A stretch of 64,000 bases of DNA from Eledone cirrhosa (taxonomy: Eukaryota), in contig OZ024743.1 of assembly GCA_964016885.1 (NCBI GenBank), positions 308,884,001-308,948,000 of the forward strand, read 5' to 3'. The notes below the pieces were generated by a model. That model did not search any database and had not been told where the DNA came from. It was given only the letters and a program-made list of their open reading frames with translations. The position numbers and the translations under genes are program-made. Shown piece after piece: positions 1 through 13,573 of the stretch (position 1 is the stretch's first letter; every line of letters begins with the position of its first letter).

Positions 1-210
1 CAAAGATATATGTGTATACTTTCTATATATTATAATCATTTTCTCTTTCTTTCGACACATACTCACGTGCACACATATACGTATATGCTTACTTTCTACA
101 CACACACACACATATTCCTACACACATACATATATAGAGAGAAAGGAAATAAGGAAGTATGTGGTAAGGCAATGAGAGTAATGAAAAATTATGAGTGGAA
201 GTAAAAAAAA

Positions 211-1004
211 TAAAAAGTAACAAGAATAATGTGAAATATTGCTTGAAGCAAAAACATGAAGAATTACTGAAAGGATTCAGAAATAAACCCATGTCAATTT
301 TAATCAGTACTATAGTATCATCAACATATCTTTGCCTGCATGGATTTGTCAACATAGCCTCCTGCCAATCTTTGCATTCCTTTATGATTTCCTGCATTAA
401 CACTTTAGCATTTGCATTAATTTTCAAACGTCATGCTTATCTGTTAGCTGAATTAATCATAAGGCGGTGGATTGGCAGTATCGGTAGAGGGTCTGACGCC
501 ATGCTTTGCAGCAAAGAGTTACGGCCCTTTATGGTCTGAGTTCAAATCCCGCCATGGTTAACTTTGCCTTTCATCCTTACGGGGTCGATAAAATAAAGTA
601 CCAGTAATACACTGGGATAATTGCTGGCCTTGTGCCAAATGTAGAAACAATTATTTTGAGTTAATCATACTCAAGAGGGTTATCAATTTTATTTGTTTGT
701 AATTTTCTTAATTTTCTATGTGCAGGCTTGAAATTTTGTCAGTAGATGTTTAAATATCAATAATTTACAATTATATAATTTTGACGTTTGAAAATTAATG
801 CAAATGCTAAAGTGTTAATGCAGGAAATCATAAAGGAATGCAAAGATTGGCAGGAGGCTATGTTGACAAATCCATGCAGGCAAGGATATGTTGATGATAC
901 TATAGTACTGATTAAAATTGACAAGGGTTTATTTCTGAATCCTTTCAGTAATTCTTCATGTTTTTGCTTCAAGCAATATTTCACATTATTCTTGTTACTT
1001 TTTA
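211..1004. repeat. Inverted repeat, 223-bp arms (211-433 / 782-1004), derived from a Penelope-like RT fragment
   Basis: Arms are reverse complements with ~2 mismatches. They translate to ...Q(R/G)YVDDTIVLIK, resembling the PLE RT catalytic motif RYVDD. The spacer holds a SINE. Confidence 0.8.
463..655 (+). mobile_element. tRNA-derived SINE (abundant family; central domain CCTTTCATCCTT.CGGGGTCGATAAAATAAAGTACCAG)
   Basis: A-box-like TGGATTGGCAG, B box GAGTTCAAATCC, tail GGCCTTGTGCCAAA..AGAAACAATTATT. Many homologous copies in the window. Confidence 0.85.
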
Positions 1005-1029
1005 ATTTGACTTTTATGGGCAGGTGAAA

Positions 1030-1879
1030 TGAGTTAATAAGGGCATTTGACGTATCTACCAGGTGCAAATACTGGTTTAATTATAAATACATTGTTTTCG
1101 GCATAATAAACCTTATATCAGTGTTCCAGTAATTCCACAGTCTTGGAAATTGTTTTATACCGAACATAATATTTACGGTAAAAAATGCTTGCATTTCCGC
1201 AACATCTGTCGATCGCCAAACAGATCTGGTTTTCCTCGATTTGAAATCTGTTGTTGGGCATATTGATTAATCTCTTCTGCCACAACTTCGAAGAAAGTTT
1301 GTGGTAAAAACAAAAAGAAATGATCCAGTGCTCTAGTATCGGGAGCTAATGTGTGTTGTGGACCAGTATTTTGAATAAAATTGGGAACATATATTAGTGT
1401 GATATTTTTCAACCACATTGCTGTAATATTTTCAATGCCGTCCTGGAGATCTCCTTCGTATTCACTTTCAAAACAATCATCGTCAGACGAAATTTCAGAA
1501 ATATAAACATCGGATTCATTTGAAGATAAATTACTAATATTATTGTTTGTTTCTTGTTTATTCTGAATGTCGTCGTGTGTAAAACCTTCAAAGTCGGTAT
1601 CGCTACTTTCATAAGCCATGTTGATACAAAAAAAAAATTTGTCCTACTTTCAAAGTAAAAAAAAAACACTTGTTGTTTTCAGTTGTTTCACTATATTCAG
1701 TGTTAATTTTCCCGGTAACGGCCTAATCTCGCAGTAATCTCGAATTGACGAGATTTTGATGATGGTTTGTTTATTTTTAGAACAATTTTTTTTTAGTGTG
1801 GGTGTTATCGGGTGATTTCAGGCGGTTTGAACAAATGACGGGGAAATAATTTTGGCCGGTTTGAACACTAAAGGGTTAA
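1030..1879 (-). mobile_element. piggyBac transposon 5' portion with degenerate transposase N-terminus
   Basis: Minus strand begins TTAA|CCCTTT at 1879. ORF 1173-1619 has an acidic N-terminus followed by TGP..ALDHFFLFLP..EEINQYAQQ, typical of piggyBac DDE_Tnp_1_7. It then frameshifts and no second terminus was found. Confidence 0.75.
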
Positions 1880-2179
1880 TGATAATTCTGTAAATGCTAA
1901 TACTATTGGTACTGTCCATTACTTCTCCAGTATTACAAGAGAAAATAACACTTTCAGCAGTGACCTGTGCTTCCCTCTTGTGGTTCCTACCAATATATAG
2001 CTAATTGGATTGAACTAACAAGAGTTAAAGTTCTTTAGTTGAAATACCATGCACTATTAGTAATAACAGTATACCAACTCATCATTTTCCCAAGCCAACT
2101 AGTGTCAGCTCTTTGACTCTAATCACTTTTGTTCCACAGTAAATGCAGTAAGCAGTAATAATAATAATAATAGTAATGA

Positions 2180-2383
2180 TTTCTAATATAGGCACAAGGC
2201 CAGTAATTTTGGAGGAGGGGAAAGTCAATCAAATCGACCCCGGTACGTTACTGGTGCTTTATTTTATCGACCCTGTAAGGATGAAAGGCAAAGTTAATCT
2301 CGGCGGGATTTGAACTCAGATCATAAAGGGCCGTAACTCTATGCTGCAAAGCATGGCGTCCGACTCTACCGACTGCCAATCCA
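2180..2383 (-). mobile_element. tRNA-derived SINE, same family as 463-655
   Basis: Reverse-complement match including B box and central domain. Confidence 0.85.
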
Positions 2384-4019
2384 ATAATAAATGTGGGAAT
2401 ATCTACCTCTTTTACATATTAGCAATTATTAATTTTTTTCATTTTATTCAATTAAATCCTGCCAGTTATTGAAGAATAACCATTCCCTTTGCACCTTGTA
2501 AGTTGCCTTTCAATTGAAATAGAAAGAAAGTATCAGTAAGTATGGTTGATATCTGAGAAGTAAAAAAGTAACTGATCTTTCAGATATTGGTGCAAGATAA
2601 GTGTTTGTTTTAAAGTTGTCAGCTGTTCTGTTATTTTTTTTCTCACAATAAACTTATATCTTTCACATTTATTTTTCTTCAAGGCATAATAATCAATTCA
2701 ATTGTCAATCACTTTGTAGCATCGGTCAACTTTGCCTTTCAGCCTTTCAAGGTTTATAAATAAAGTCCAAATATGTCCATTATAATCAACTTAGATATGT
2801 AATCATCATCATTTTCATCACGTCCACTCTCCCTGTTAGCAAGGGTTGGTAGGGTCTACATAGACCAAATCAGTATTGAAGCAGGGCTACTACTGTCTGA
2901 GATGTCAGGGATCTACTTCTTGCTTGTGTATGGTTTCATGTTCTACCGAGTGCACAAGAGAGGTTGTCATGTCTTTAATACAACTGAGGGTCCTCGCAAT
3001 GCTTTGTTTGACAAGCTTTCTATGGCTGGATGCCCTTCCTACCACCAACCTCTTTACAACATGTACTGGCTGTGTTTATCACGTAGCTCACAAAGACTAG
3101 GGAGGCTGGCATGTCCTTGACATGACTGCAGAGTCCTACTTCTTTGTGTATATGCATTTTTGTGTTTGTTTAAAACTAAAAGTTTGAAAGAATTGTAAAC
3201 AAATTTCATTTAATTTTGACCATGTTACTATTGAATTAGACAAAGTTTTGGTGCTATATTCTGGGGATTTTCCTTCTATATCATGTATGATGTCTTAACT
3301 ATTTATCTATTTAAGCAAAACCAAAAATCAAATGAATTTTAATTTACAAATTATTAAAGAAAATATTGCAAGGTGGTAATTTTAATTGTAAAAATATATA
3401 ATTGAAACAAAAATTACTTTAAAATTTCATTTAATATGAAAAATACGAGTTGGTTTTAGGAAGCCAGTACAATACTAACGAAACTATATATCGAGGTATC
3501 AATCCCAGATAATAGAAAGAATAGAAAGGGAAAAAGAAATTAAAAAATAAGGAAATAAGTTTCTTATATTTCAGATAAAATGACATATTGATGAAGGAAA
3601 ATTATTAAAGGATGATTGGAGAGTGGAATTATGCATCCATTGTGTTTAACTTTTTGTTCTAAAAATAAGTTGTTTTTCATATTCCAAATTACTTCAAATA
3701 AAAAAAACAATAACTAATTTATACTTAATTTAATCTCATTTTTGTGCCTTCCTCTATTTCTTTAAAATTAACTATAAACTTTGAAATATAATTAATTCTT
3801 TATCGACTTTTTTGTTAACATAAAAACCTCTAACATAAAAACCTCTAAAATAAAAACCTCTAAAAGAAAATATCTCTTTTTCGAACAGCTCTTTTTAACA
3901 TCAGAAATAATATGCCATGGATTATAAATCAATTGATAATTTACCAAAATATCCATAGAAATCAACAAAATCACATTCTGCTATTCTATTTCCATTCTTA
4001 CATTAGATGAATCTCTAAA

Positions 4020-4243
4020 ACACATACATGTATACATATAGGTGTACACACATATATGTATACATGTGTGTGTGCATATATATGTATGTGTGTGTGTATA
4101 TACATATGTATATATATGTATATATATATGTATATATATGTATATATATATGTATATATATATGTATATATATGTATATGTATATATGTATATATGTATG
4201 TGTATATATATATGTGTATATATATATGTGTATATATATATGT
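4020..4243. repeat. (TA)n/(TATG)n microsatellite
   Basis: Direct inspection. Confidence 0.95.
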
Positions 4244-5474
4244 ATCATCATCATCATCAACGTTTAACGTCCGTGTTCCACGCTTGCATGGGTTTGGACG
4301 GGGGTAGTCCCACTTGAGGCAAGAGTGATTGTCTTGCTCGCATAGGACTGTCTGGCAGGTTTTCTACAGTTGGATGCCCTTCCTAACACCAACCACATTT
4401 ACAGTGTGGGTCTGGGAGGTTTTTACTGTGTTGCCTACACGGCCACATTACAGCGTGGACTGTGTGTTTTTTTGTCGTGACACCTACACGATCTCATTTG
4501 TTTCGGCCTGGATGGCGCGGCACCAACATAACTTTACATAGAAGGGGGTGGTGTGGATGGGGTGGTGGTGGTGGGACGGGGTGTATTTTGTTAGAGATGC
4601 CTACTGGCTGGAGTAGGTTTTACTATATATTTAGGTAAGGCGGGTCTTCTCTGTTACTGAGTACCACCAAAGGTCTCAGTCCAGTGACATTGTCTTGGAG
4701 AGGTGTAAGTGTGTGATGTCGGAGTTTATCAGCTCGTCCCAGGTTTTTCTAGTTCTGCCTATTCCGTGACTACCGTCTATCTTTATTGCTCTGCACTTTG
4801 TTATACAGCTATCGACTTTCATGCGCATCACGTGTCCATACCAACGTAGTCTTCTCTCGAGTAAACAACATCTGATCCCTCTTATCTCTAATTTTTTCCT
4901 TAGTTCGTTTATGCTTTGCCGTTCACGTATATTACTGTTACACATCCAGCGGAGCATGCAAGCTTCGTTCCTCTCTAGTCTGCGTATATCCTCTGCACAC
5001 AATGCCCAGGTCTCACTGCCATGCAGCATTGCTGTTCGTATGCAGGCATCGTACAACCTGCCTTTCATTTTTAGGGAGAACCCTTTAGCAGCTAATAGTG
5101 GTATAAGCTCTCTGAACTTTTTCCAACCAGTTCTGACTCTAGCTACAGTACTTTCAGAGCACCCTCCCCCACTGCTGATTTTATCGCCCAGGTAACGGAA
5201 GCTGTCCACTATTTCTATAGAACCCTCTGCGCAATTGAAAGAGCTAGTATTTTGTGTGCACTTGCTGCTACTTATTGCACCAGAACACCGGCCACATGTA
5301 AAATCTATGTTCTTAGTTAGCTTACCTGTGATCCCACTACATCTTTTATGCACCCATACTTTGCATTTAGGACATAAAATGGAGTTTCTACCTACGCCTT
5401 TCCTACACACCGAGCACGACCATTTCCCAGAAGGGATCGCCGCCTTGTTTTCTTTCCTACAAACTAGAACTTTG
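4244..5474 (-). mobile_element. RTE-clade LINE, subfamily A, 5'-truncated 3' fragment
   Basis: TKVLV-[PHD]-SFRYLG...[10 protein letters not shown]. The 3' UTR ends in (GAT)n. Near-identical to 14069-15723. Confidence 0.92.
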
Positions 5475-5499
5475 GTATATGTATATATATGTATATATG

Positions 5500-5530
<31 letters not shown>

Positions 5531-5943
5531 GTATATATATATATGTATGTATATATATGTATATATGTATATATATGTATGTGTATATATATATATATAT
5601 ATAAATGTATATATGTATGTATATATATGTATATATATGTATGTGTATATATATATGTGTATATATATATGTATGTATATATATGTATATATGTATATAT
5701 ATGTATGTGTATATATATATATATGTGTATATATGTATATATATGTATGTGTATATATATATATATATATGTGTATATATGTATATATATATGTATATAT
5801 GTATATATATGTATATATATATGTATATATATGTATATATATATGTATATATGTATATATATGTATATATATATGTATATATGTATATATATGTATATAT
5901 ATATGTATATATATGTATATATGTATATATGTATATATATATG

Positions 5944-6010
<67 letters not shown>

Positions 6011-6047
6011 ATATATATGTATATATATATGTATATATATATATATG

Positions 6048-6083
<36 letters not shown>

Positions 6084-6209
6084 TGTATATATATGTATGT
6101 ATATATATATGTATATATATGTATGTATATATGTATGTATATATATATGTATATATATGTATATATATATATATGTATATATATGTATATATATATATAT
6201 GTATATATG

Positions 6210-6240
<31 letters not shown>

Positions 6241-6895
6241 GTATATATGTATATATATATGTATGTATATATGTATATATATATGTATGTATATATGTAT
6301 ATATGTATATATGTATATATATATGTATGTATATATGTATATATATATGTATATATGTATATATATATGTATGTATATATGTATATATATATGTATGTAT
6401 ATATGTATATATATATGTATGTATATATGTATATATATATGTATGTATATATGTATATATATATGTATGTATATATGTATATATATATGTATATATATAT
6501 GTATATATGTATATATATATGTATATATATATGTATATATATATGTATGTATATATGTATGTATATATGTATGTATATATGTATATATATATGTATATAT
6601 ATATGTATATATATATGTATATATATATGTATATGTATATGTATATATGTATATGTATATATGTATATGTATATATATATATGTATATATATATATGTAT
6701 ATATATATATGTATATATATATATATGTATATATATATATGTATATATATATATGTATATATATATATGTATATATATATATGTATATATATATATGTAT
6801 ATATATATATGTATATATATATATGTATATATATATGTATATATATATATGTATATATATATATGTATATATGTATGTATATATATATGTATATA
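5475..6895. repeat. ~1.4 kb compound (TA)n/(TATG)n microsatellite
   Basis: Direct inspection. Confidence 0.95.
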
Positions 6896-6896
6896 C

Positions 6897-7518
6897 ATGG
6901 GCCCAGCAATATGTGTCAATAATTGTCACAAGTGCAGTGTTTGTACCAGAGTTTTCAAGTCGCTGGCGGGACTAAAAAGTCACACTCGTTCAGCGCATTG
7001 GTAGGGGTTCTCCTACATGGATATAAAGTAGTGGCCGTACTCGAAAACGAGTTGGCAGCCACCATATATATATGTATATATATATGTATATATGTATATA
7101 TATCCGGGAGAGATGACCCCTTAGCCTTTGTCAAGGCAGAATTCTAGGAGAAGGAAAACTCTGATATAACACCTGCAACCCTGATGGTATCCAATGATGT
7201 TGACTTGTTCTTCTTTTTGGTAAATATCATCTTGGTTAAGAGAGTGGGACTGGCTTTGTGCAGTGCCTTTGCTCACTATAAAAGCTTCACGGCACAGGCA
7301 TTGCTTTATATCTGGAGATCTCTCTGCACTTGTCGTCACATGGTACCATGGGCCCAACACTATGTGTCAATAATTGTCACAAGTGTAGTGTTTGTACCAG
7401 AGTTTTCAAGTCGCTGGCTGGACTAAAAAGTCACACTCGTTCAGCGCATCAGTAGGGGTTCTCCTACATGGATATAAAGTAGTGGCCGTACTCGAAAACG
7501 AGTTGGCAGCCACCACCA
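6897..7518 (+). mobile_element. Duplicated RTE/BovB-like 3' end encoding a C2H2 finger (copies ~6897-7063 and ~7347-7518)
   Basis: Two ~165-bp near-identical copies encoding [22 protein letters not shown], each followed by (TA)n. Confidence 0.55.
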
Positions 7519-7594
7519 TATATGTATATATGTATGTATATATGTATATATATATTTATGTATATATATGTATATATGTATATATATATGTATG

Positions 7595-7647
<53 letters not shown>

Positions 7648-7654
7648 GTATGTG

Positions 7655-7703
<49 letters not shown>

Positions 7704-7705
7704 GT

Positions 7706-10473
7706 ATAACTTTGAATAACTTTGAAATGTTTTGGCCAGTATTGGCCCAGGCCATGTCTAACTTAATAGCACCACCTGGCGAAGTCTTTCAATTCAGGAT
7801 TTGGGCACCATGGCCCATTCGAGAAGAGAATTACTGTTTGCGGAGACATATCCGGGTGTGGGTGGTTTGTCCGGGATTACTTGGAGGAATTTGTCCAAAG
7901 ACTTCTTGAATTTTGTGTGGTCAGTTTCTGTTTTGACGTGTCCTGGTGTGATGTTGAAGAGAGCAGGGCCGATTGAGGTGAAATAATTGTGCCGTATTGT
8001 TGTTATGAGTTGCGATTTAGATTTTTGAATGGGACGGATAGCACGGGGCCCAAGCCTTGGGTGTATCTTGAAGGCGATGCCAACATCATTTGGGCAGTGA
8101 TGATGGAACATTTTCCACATCATGCAGATAATATAACGCTCACGGCGACGTTGGAGTGAGTAAAGTTTCAGGTTTTCCAATCGACCCCAGTAGTCAAGGT
8201 CTGACATGCCATCTATCTTTTTCGTGATTGCCCTTTGAGGAGCTTCAAGTTTCATGATACTTTGTTTCGTGTGGGGAGACCACAGTGGACAACAGTATTC
8301 AAGGTGTGGTCGGGCGAAAGTAGAGAAGAGAAGGATAATGGTGCGGGAATCTCTCGACTGGAAGGTTCTGAGGATCCAGGAACACATTCTGCGGGCCATG
8401 TCAACTTTGCTGCTTATATGCGTGGTCCAGCTTATGTTGCTGTCCACGGTTACTCCCAAGTCTCTGATGTTGTTAGATGCCACGAGAGTTTCCCCGGAGG
8501 GAAGGGAGTACGGGAGTTTCAGAGCATCCTCTTTTCCAAAGTGGATCAGTTCGAATTTGTCTTCGTTCAGTAACATGTTGTTCTTTTCTGCCCATTGGGT
8601 AACAGCCAGTAGGTCTGACTGAAGGCTTATCCGGTCATCCACGCCATTGATGACCTTTTGGAGCTTGGAATCATCAGCGAAAATTTTAATGTTGCTGTGT
8701 TTGATGATGTCAGTGATGTCATTAATATAGATGATGAAGAGAAGTGGGCCCAACACAGTGCCTTGTGGGACTCCACTACTGACTTTGGCTGGGCTTGATT
8801 TGACTCCCTCAACTACAACATGTTGGGTTCTGTTTGACAGGAAGCTCTTGATCCACTGCAGCAGCTTTCCAGTGACACCAATATTGGACAGCTTTCTCAG
8901 TAGAATGTTATGATCAACCCTGTCAAAGGCCTTGCTGAAATCAAGGTAGATAACATCAGTGTTGGAACCCTCTCCCAAGGCTCTCAAAATGTCATCAAAG
9001 TGATGCAGTAGTTGCGTCAGGCAATCCCTTCCATTACGGAATCCATGCTGGTTGGAGTTCAGCATATTGTTACTCTCAAGGAAGTGGGTCATTCGCGATC
9101 TCACCACTCGCTCAAATACCTTAATGATATGAGAGGTGAGTGAGATTGGACGGTAATTCACGGCAAGGGATTTGTTTCCCTTTTTGAAAACTGGGACAAC
9201 AGACTGGGATAGAAGGTTTTCTGGCACATATCCAGCATCCAGTGAGTTCCGCCACAGATTGGCAAGAGGAGAAGCAAGTTGGTGTTGACACGCCTTCAAG
9301 ACACAAGCAGGGAACCTATCGGGACCTACTGCTGAATTATGCTTGATTTCCTTTATTGCCGCCAAGACATCAGGGGCGCCAAACGTTATGTCCGATAAGG
9401 TGTAATGGGGAGTAACATCGCCGATACAGCCCAGATCGGCCATATCAGGATTGCTGAAAACAGAGCAGTATTGTTTCTGCAGTATCTCACCCATGGTTTT
9501 AGCATTGTCTTGAAGAGTGCCATTTTCATCAATTAGAGGGCCAACAGTAGAGCCAGTGATTTTGTGTTTTTTTGCAAATGAAAAGAACACTTTGGGATTG
9601 AGTTTGATCTTCTCAATGGCCCAGGCCTCTTCAGCTCTTCTCTGATTGTTGATGAGGGACATTATGTTGTTTTGGAGGTTATGTTTTTTAATCTCTAGTG
9701 ATGAAATGGCAGTCAAGTTGATGTGTTGCTGCTGACAGTATTTCAGCTTGTTGATTTTTTTGTTCGTTCTCTTAATTTTTCTGATGAGCGTTTTTCTATT
9801 TCTAGGGATTCTGCTCTTAGATTTGTTTATAGTTCTTAATGGGGTGTGTTTAGCACATATGTTTGTAACAGTGTCCACAAATGTCTGCCAGGACTTTTTG
9901 ATGTTAGTGGGTGTATGAGTGTGCGTGAAGGACCAGTCGACATGTGCAAGATCATGACTGATCGCTTCCCAGTTTGCATTGTGGAAATCCATAGCGTCAA
10001 ACGGATGGACAGGAGAGATGACATTGGGTTTGTATATTGGACGGTGGAATCTCAGATCACAGAGAACCATGTCATGATCAGAGAGTAGAGTTTTCTCCAC
10101 TGCAATATTGTGGATATTGTCAGTGTGATTGCTGAAAATTAAGTCTAGGACGTTTTTGTGGCACCTCGTTGGTTCGAGCACTAGTTGGGATAGGAAGAAA
10201 TCATCCATGAAGTCAAGAAGCGATTCCACAGCTTCCCTGTCAGAGGTTGAGGCAGAAGAACCTGGTGGCAGGGTGTTTGTGGACCAGTCAACTCCGGGGA
10301 GGTTGAAGTCCCCCATCATTAAGATGTTGTCAGGGTGACACTCTTGGATGAAACACTTTATGCTGTTGAGGCATTCCTTGAAGCATGGTACAGGCGTTTG
10401 GGGTGGCCTATAGAGCCCAACTACTAATAGGTTGTTGGTTTGACTGAATACAGTGACTGCTTCACAGTATCCA
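7706..10473 (-). mobile_element. CR1-group (Jockey-superclade) LINE, 5'-truncated, young
   Basis: Open ORF2, short 3' UTR, tandem tail (TTCAAAGTTA)2, microsatellite at both ends. Confidence 0.88.
7794..10472 (-). CDS. LINE ORF2 (partial APE endonuclease plus complete RT), open reading frame of 893 codons
   Basis: GLYRPP, MGDFN, LDLIF and SDH endonuclease motifs; [19 protein letters not shown] and FADD RT motifs; C-terminal [10 protein letters not shown]. The frame stays open upstream of the listed ATG to 10472 (GYCEAV...). Confidence 0.9.
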   Translation of the reverse strand, partial: GYCEAVTVFSQTNNLLVVGLYRPPQTPVPCFKECLNSIKCFIQECHPDNILMMGDFNLPGVDWSTNTLPPGSSASTSDREAVESLLDFMDDFFLSQLVLEPTRCHKNVLDLIFSNHTDNIHNIAVEKTLLSDHDMVLCDLRFHRPIYKPNVISPVHPFDAMDFHNANWEAISHDLAHVDWSFTHTHTPTNIKKSWQTFVDTVTNICAKHTPLRTINKSKSRIPRNRKTLIRKIKRTNKKINKLKYCQQQHINLTAISSLEIKKHNLQNNIMSLINNQRRAEEAWAIEKIKLNPKVFFSFAKKHKITGSTVGPLIDENGTLQDNAKTMGEILQKQYCSVFSNPDMADLGCIGDVTPHYTLSDITFGAPDVLAAIKEIKHNSAVGPDRFPACVLKACQHQLASPLANLWRNSLDAGYVPENLLSQSVVPVFKKGNKSLAVNYRPISLTSHIIKVFERVVRSRMTHFLESNNMLNSNQHGFRNGRDCLTQLLHHFDDILRALGEGSNTDVIYLDFSKAFDRVDHNILLRKLSNIGVTGKLLQWIKSFLSNRTQHVVVEGVKSSPAKVSSGVPQGTVLGPLLFIIYINDITDIIKHSNIKIFADDSKLQKVINGVDDRISLQSDLLAVTQWAEKNNMLLNEDKFELIHFGKEDALKLPYSLPSGETLVASNNIRDLGVTVDSNISWTTHISSKVDMARRMCSWILRTFQSRDSRTIILLFSTFARPHLEYCCPLWSPHTKQSIMKLEAPQRAITKKIDGMSDLDYWGRLENLKLYSLQRRRERYIICMMWKMFHHHCPNDVGIAFKIHPRLGPRAIRPIQKSKSQLITTIRHNYFTSIGPALFNITPGHVKTETDHTKFKKSLDKFLQVIPDKPPTPGYVSANSNSLLEWAMVPKS

Positions 10474-11711
10474 TGTATATATATGTATATATATGTATGT
10501 GTATATATCTATGTATATATGTATGTATATATATGTGTATATATGTATGTATATATATGTATATATATATATCTATGTATATATATGTATGTATATATAT
10601 GTATATATATATACTATGTATATATATGTTATATATATATCTATGTATATATATGTATATATATGTATATATATACAATGTAGCAGTACATACGACACAC
10701 AGACACAGCACTCACTACACAGACACACACTCACTCACATACACACACCACATAACACTTACACACACACACACACTCACCACACACCACACACACACAA
10801 CACACAACCACACCACACATACTCACATACACACACCACACACACACAGTACACCACACACTACACACACCACACACACACAACTACACACCCACTTACA
10901 CACCCACACACGACATACACACATCACACCACAACTACACACATCACCACACACGATACACACACACACAGACACACACCACACACACTACACACACACA
11001 CACACTACACTCCCACACACACACAGACACACACACACACATACAAACACACATCCCACACACACACGCACACCCACACACACCTACACACACTCACACA
11101 CTTACACACCACATCACACACACACACCACACACACACAACATCACACACCACACACACATACACACACCACACTCCACACTACACTCACACGACACACA
11201 CCCACCACCCACACACACACGACACACCACACACACACGCACACACACCTACACTACACACACACCACACTACACACTCACACACACCTACACTACACAC
11301 ACCCACACATCAACACACCACACACGACACACACTCACACACACACACACACACTTACACACACCACACACACACAGACACACACACACACATACACACA
11401 CACACTCACACCTCACTACACACCACACACCACACACACACACGACACACACACACACCACTCACAGCACACACACACCACACCACGACACACACACACA
11501 CACACAACACACCACACACACCACACCCACACACCACACACAACACACACACAACACAGCACCCACTACACACACCTCACACACATCACACACACACGCA
11601 CATCACACACACACACATACACACACACACTACACACACCACACACACACACCACACATACACCACATCACCCATCACACACACCAACACATACACGACC
11701 CACACCCACAC
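10474..11711. repeat. (TA)n followed by highly irregular (CA)n tract
   Basis: Low complexity; the irregularity next to the gap suggests poor consensus quality. Confidence 0.9.
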
Positions 11712-11911
11712 NNNNNNNNNNNNNNNNNNNNNNNNNNNNNNNNNNNNNNNNNNNNNNNNNNNNNNNNNNNNNNNNNNNNNNNNNNNNNNNNNNNNNNNNN
11801 NNNNNNNNNNNNNNNNNNNNNNNNNNNNNNNNNNNNNNNNNNNNNNNNNNNNNNNNNNNNNNNNNNNNNNNNNNNNNNNNNNNNNNNNNNNNNNNNNNNN
11901 NNNNNNNNNNN
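11712..11911. other. Assembly gap (200 N)
   Basis: Run of N. Confidence 1.
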
Positions 11912-12604
<693 letters not shown>

Positions 12605-12733
12605 GGAAAGTTATATTTAAATTGTTGGGTTACAACGAGTAAATATTTATAACTGATATAAAAGCACTCAACAAGTATTTGGAGTATATTTACGATATTA
12701 AATAAATGGAAACTATATTTATAAAACCATATT

Positions 12734-12799
12734 TATTTCATTATATATATTTCAGGGATATCATATTAAAAATATGCTATGCCTTCTTCAGACAAAATA
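12734..12799 (-). ncRNA. Type I hammerhead ribozyme motif in a PLE-type terminal repeat (element ~12605-12850)
   Basis: Minus strand: tattttgt-CTGAAGA-agg.ata.catatt/aatatg.tat.cct-GAAA-tatata-TA-atgaaata. Confidence 0.75.
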
Positions 12800-13435
12800 C
12801 AATATAAACAGTCTCATAAATAAATAGAATCGACATACCTTTCAACATCGACTTGCAATTGAAAAGTTGATTTGGTACTAAAAATATTATGGACAGTTGT
12901 AAAAAGAAAGAAAGAAAGAAAGAAAAAGAAAAAGAAGAAAAAGATAGAAAGATAGATAAAGAGAAGAACTTCATGTAAAGAAACAGAGAGAGATATATAG
13001 AGAGAGGAAAAAATAGAGGGAGATAGATAGAGAGAGAGAGAGAGAGAAAATATAGAGAGATAGATATAGATAGAGAAACTAGGTAGTTGAGCACCAGTTG
13101 AATGACGTATCAATGATACATTTGTTTATTTATTTATTTATTTAGCTCTAGTATTAATGTAAAGAGAGATATATGTGGTTAGGAGAGAAAAACCACCGTT
13201 ATATAGAGAGAAAGGAAAAGAAAAATAACCAGACATAAACGAGGCAGATTTAAAACACTATGCTTCATCAATGTAGAAATATTAGTTCGTATAAAACAGG
13301 CATTATAATGTGAATATCAGTATTCATGAATGAGACACGTATCTATAATGTGTGAAAAATAAACGAAACAAAATTAAATTTCGTTTCGTTATTTGTTTTT
13401 ATCGTCTCCGTTGAACCGGTACGTACTCACGCTCT

Positions 13436-13483
13436 ATGCAAATTAGTCTGCCCACTACTAATTTTCATAGAAAAAGCATATAA
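13436..13483 (+). promoter_or_regulatory. Putative snRNA-type promoter elements (octamer ATGCAAAT plus TATA-like box)
   Basis: ACTCAC..ATGCAAATTAG.CTGC and AAAG(C/T)ATATA 41-42 bp downstream are conserved with the 52.6 and 53.05 kb copies. Function is inferred. Confidence 0.4.
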
Positions 13484-13528
13484 CGATATGTGCTTTTACG
13501 ATTCTCTAGAAAGGCCGGAAGATAGGTA

Positions 13529-13573
13529 AATATTGCTGATGAGATGTAACAACATCGAAACTAGTCCAATATT
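13529..13573 (+). ncRNA. Minimal type I hammerhead ribozyme, intact core
   Basis: aatattg-CTGATGA-gatgt(aaca)acatc-GAAA-CTAG-TC-caatatt: 7-bp stem I, 5-bp stem II, palindromic stem III, GUC cleavage triplet. Confidence 0.9.

Noticed and set aside
463-560. tRNA genes at SINE heads
   Set aside because: A/B boxes are present, but I could not fold a cloverleaf and the heads continue into SINE bodies.
3816-3865. 15-bp tandem repeat (TAAAAACCTCTAACA) x3
   Set aside because: Ordinary short minisatellite with no further support.
1880-4015. Possible upstream PIX exons
   Set aside because: No segment with convincing splice sites and PIX-like translation was found by eye.
4015-7755. Long Y/I/H/T/M/C-rich ORFs of up to 747 aa
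   Set aside because: Stop-free translation of (TA)n/(TATG)n microsatellite; only the RTE-derived part is real coding relic.
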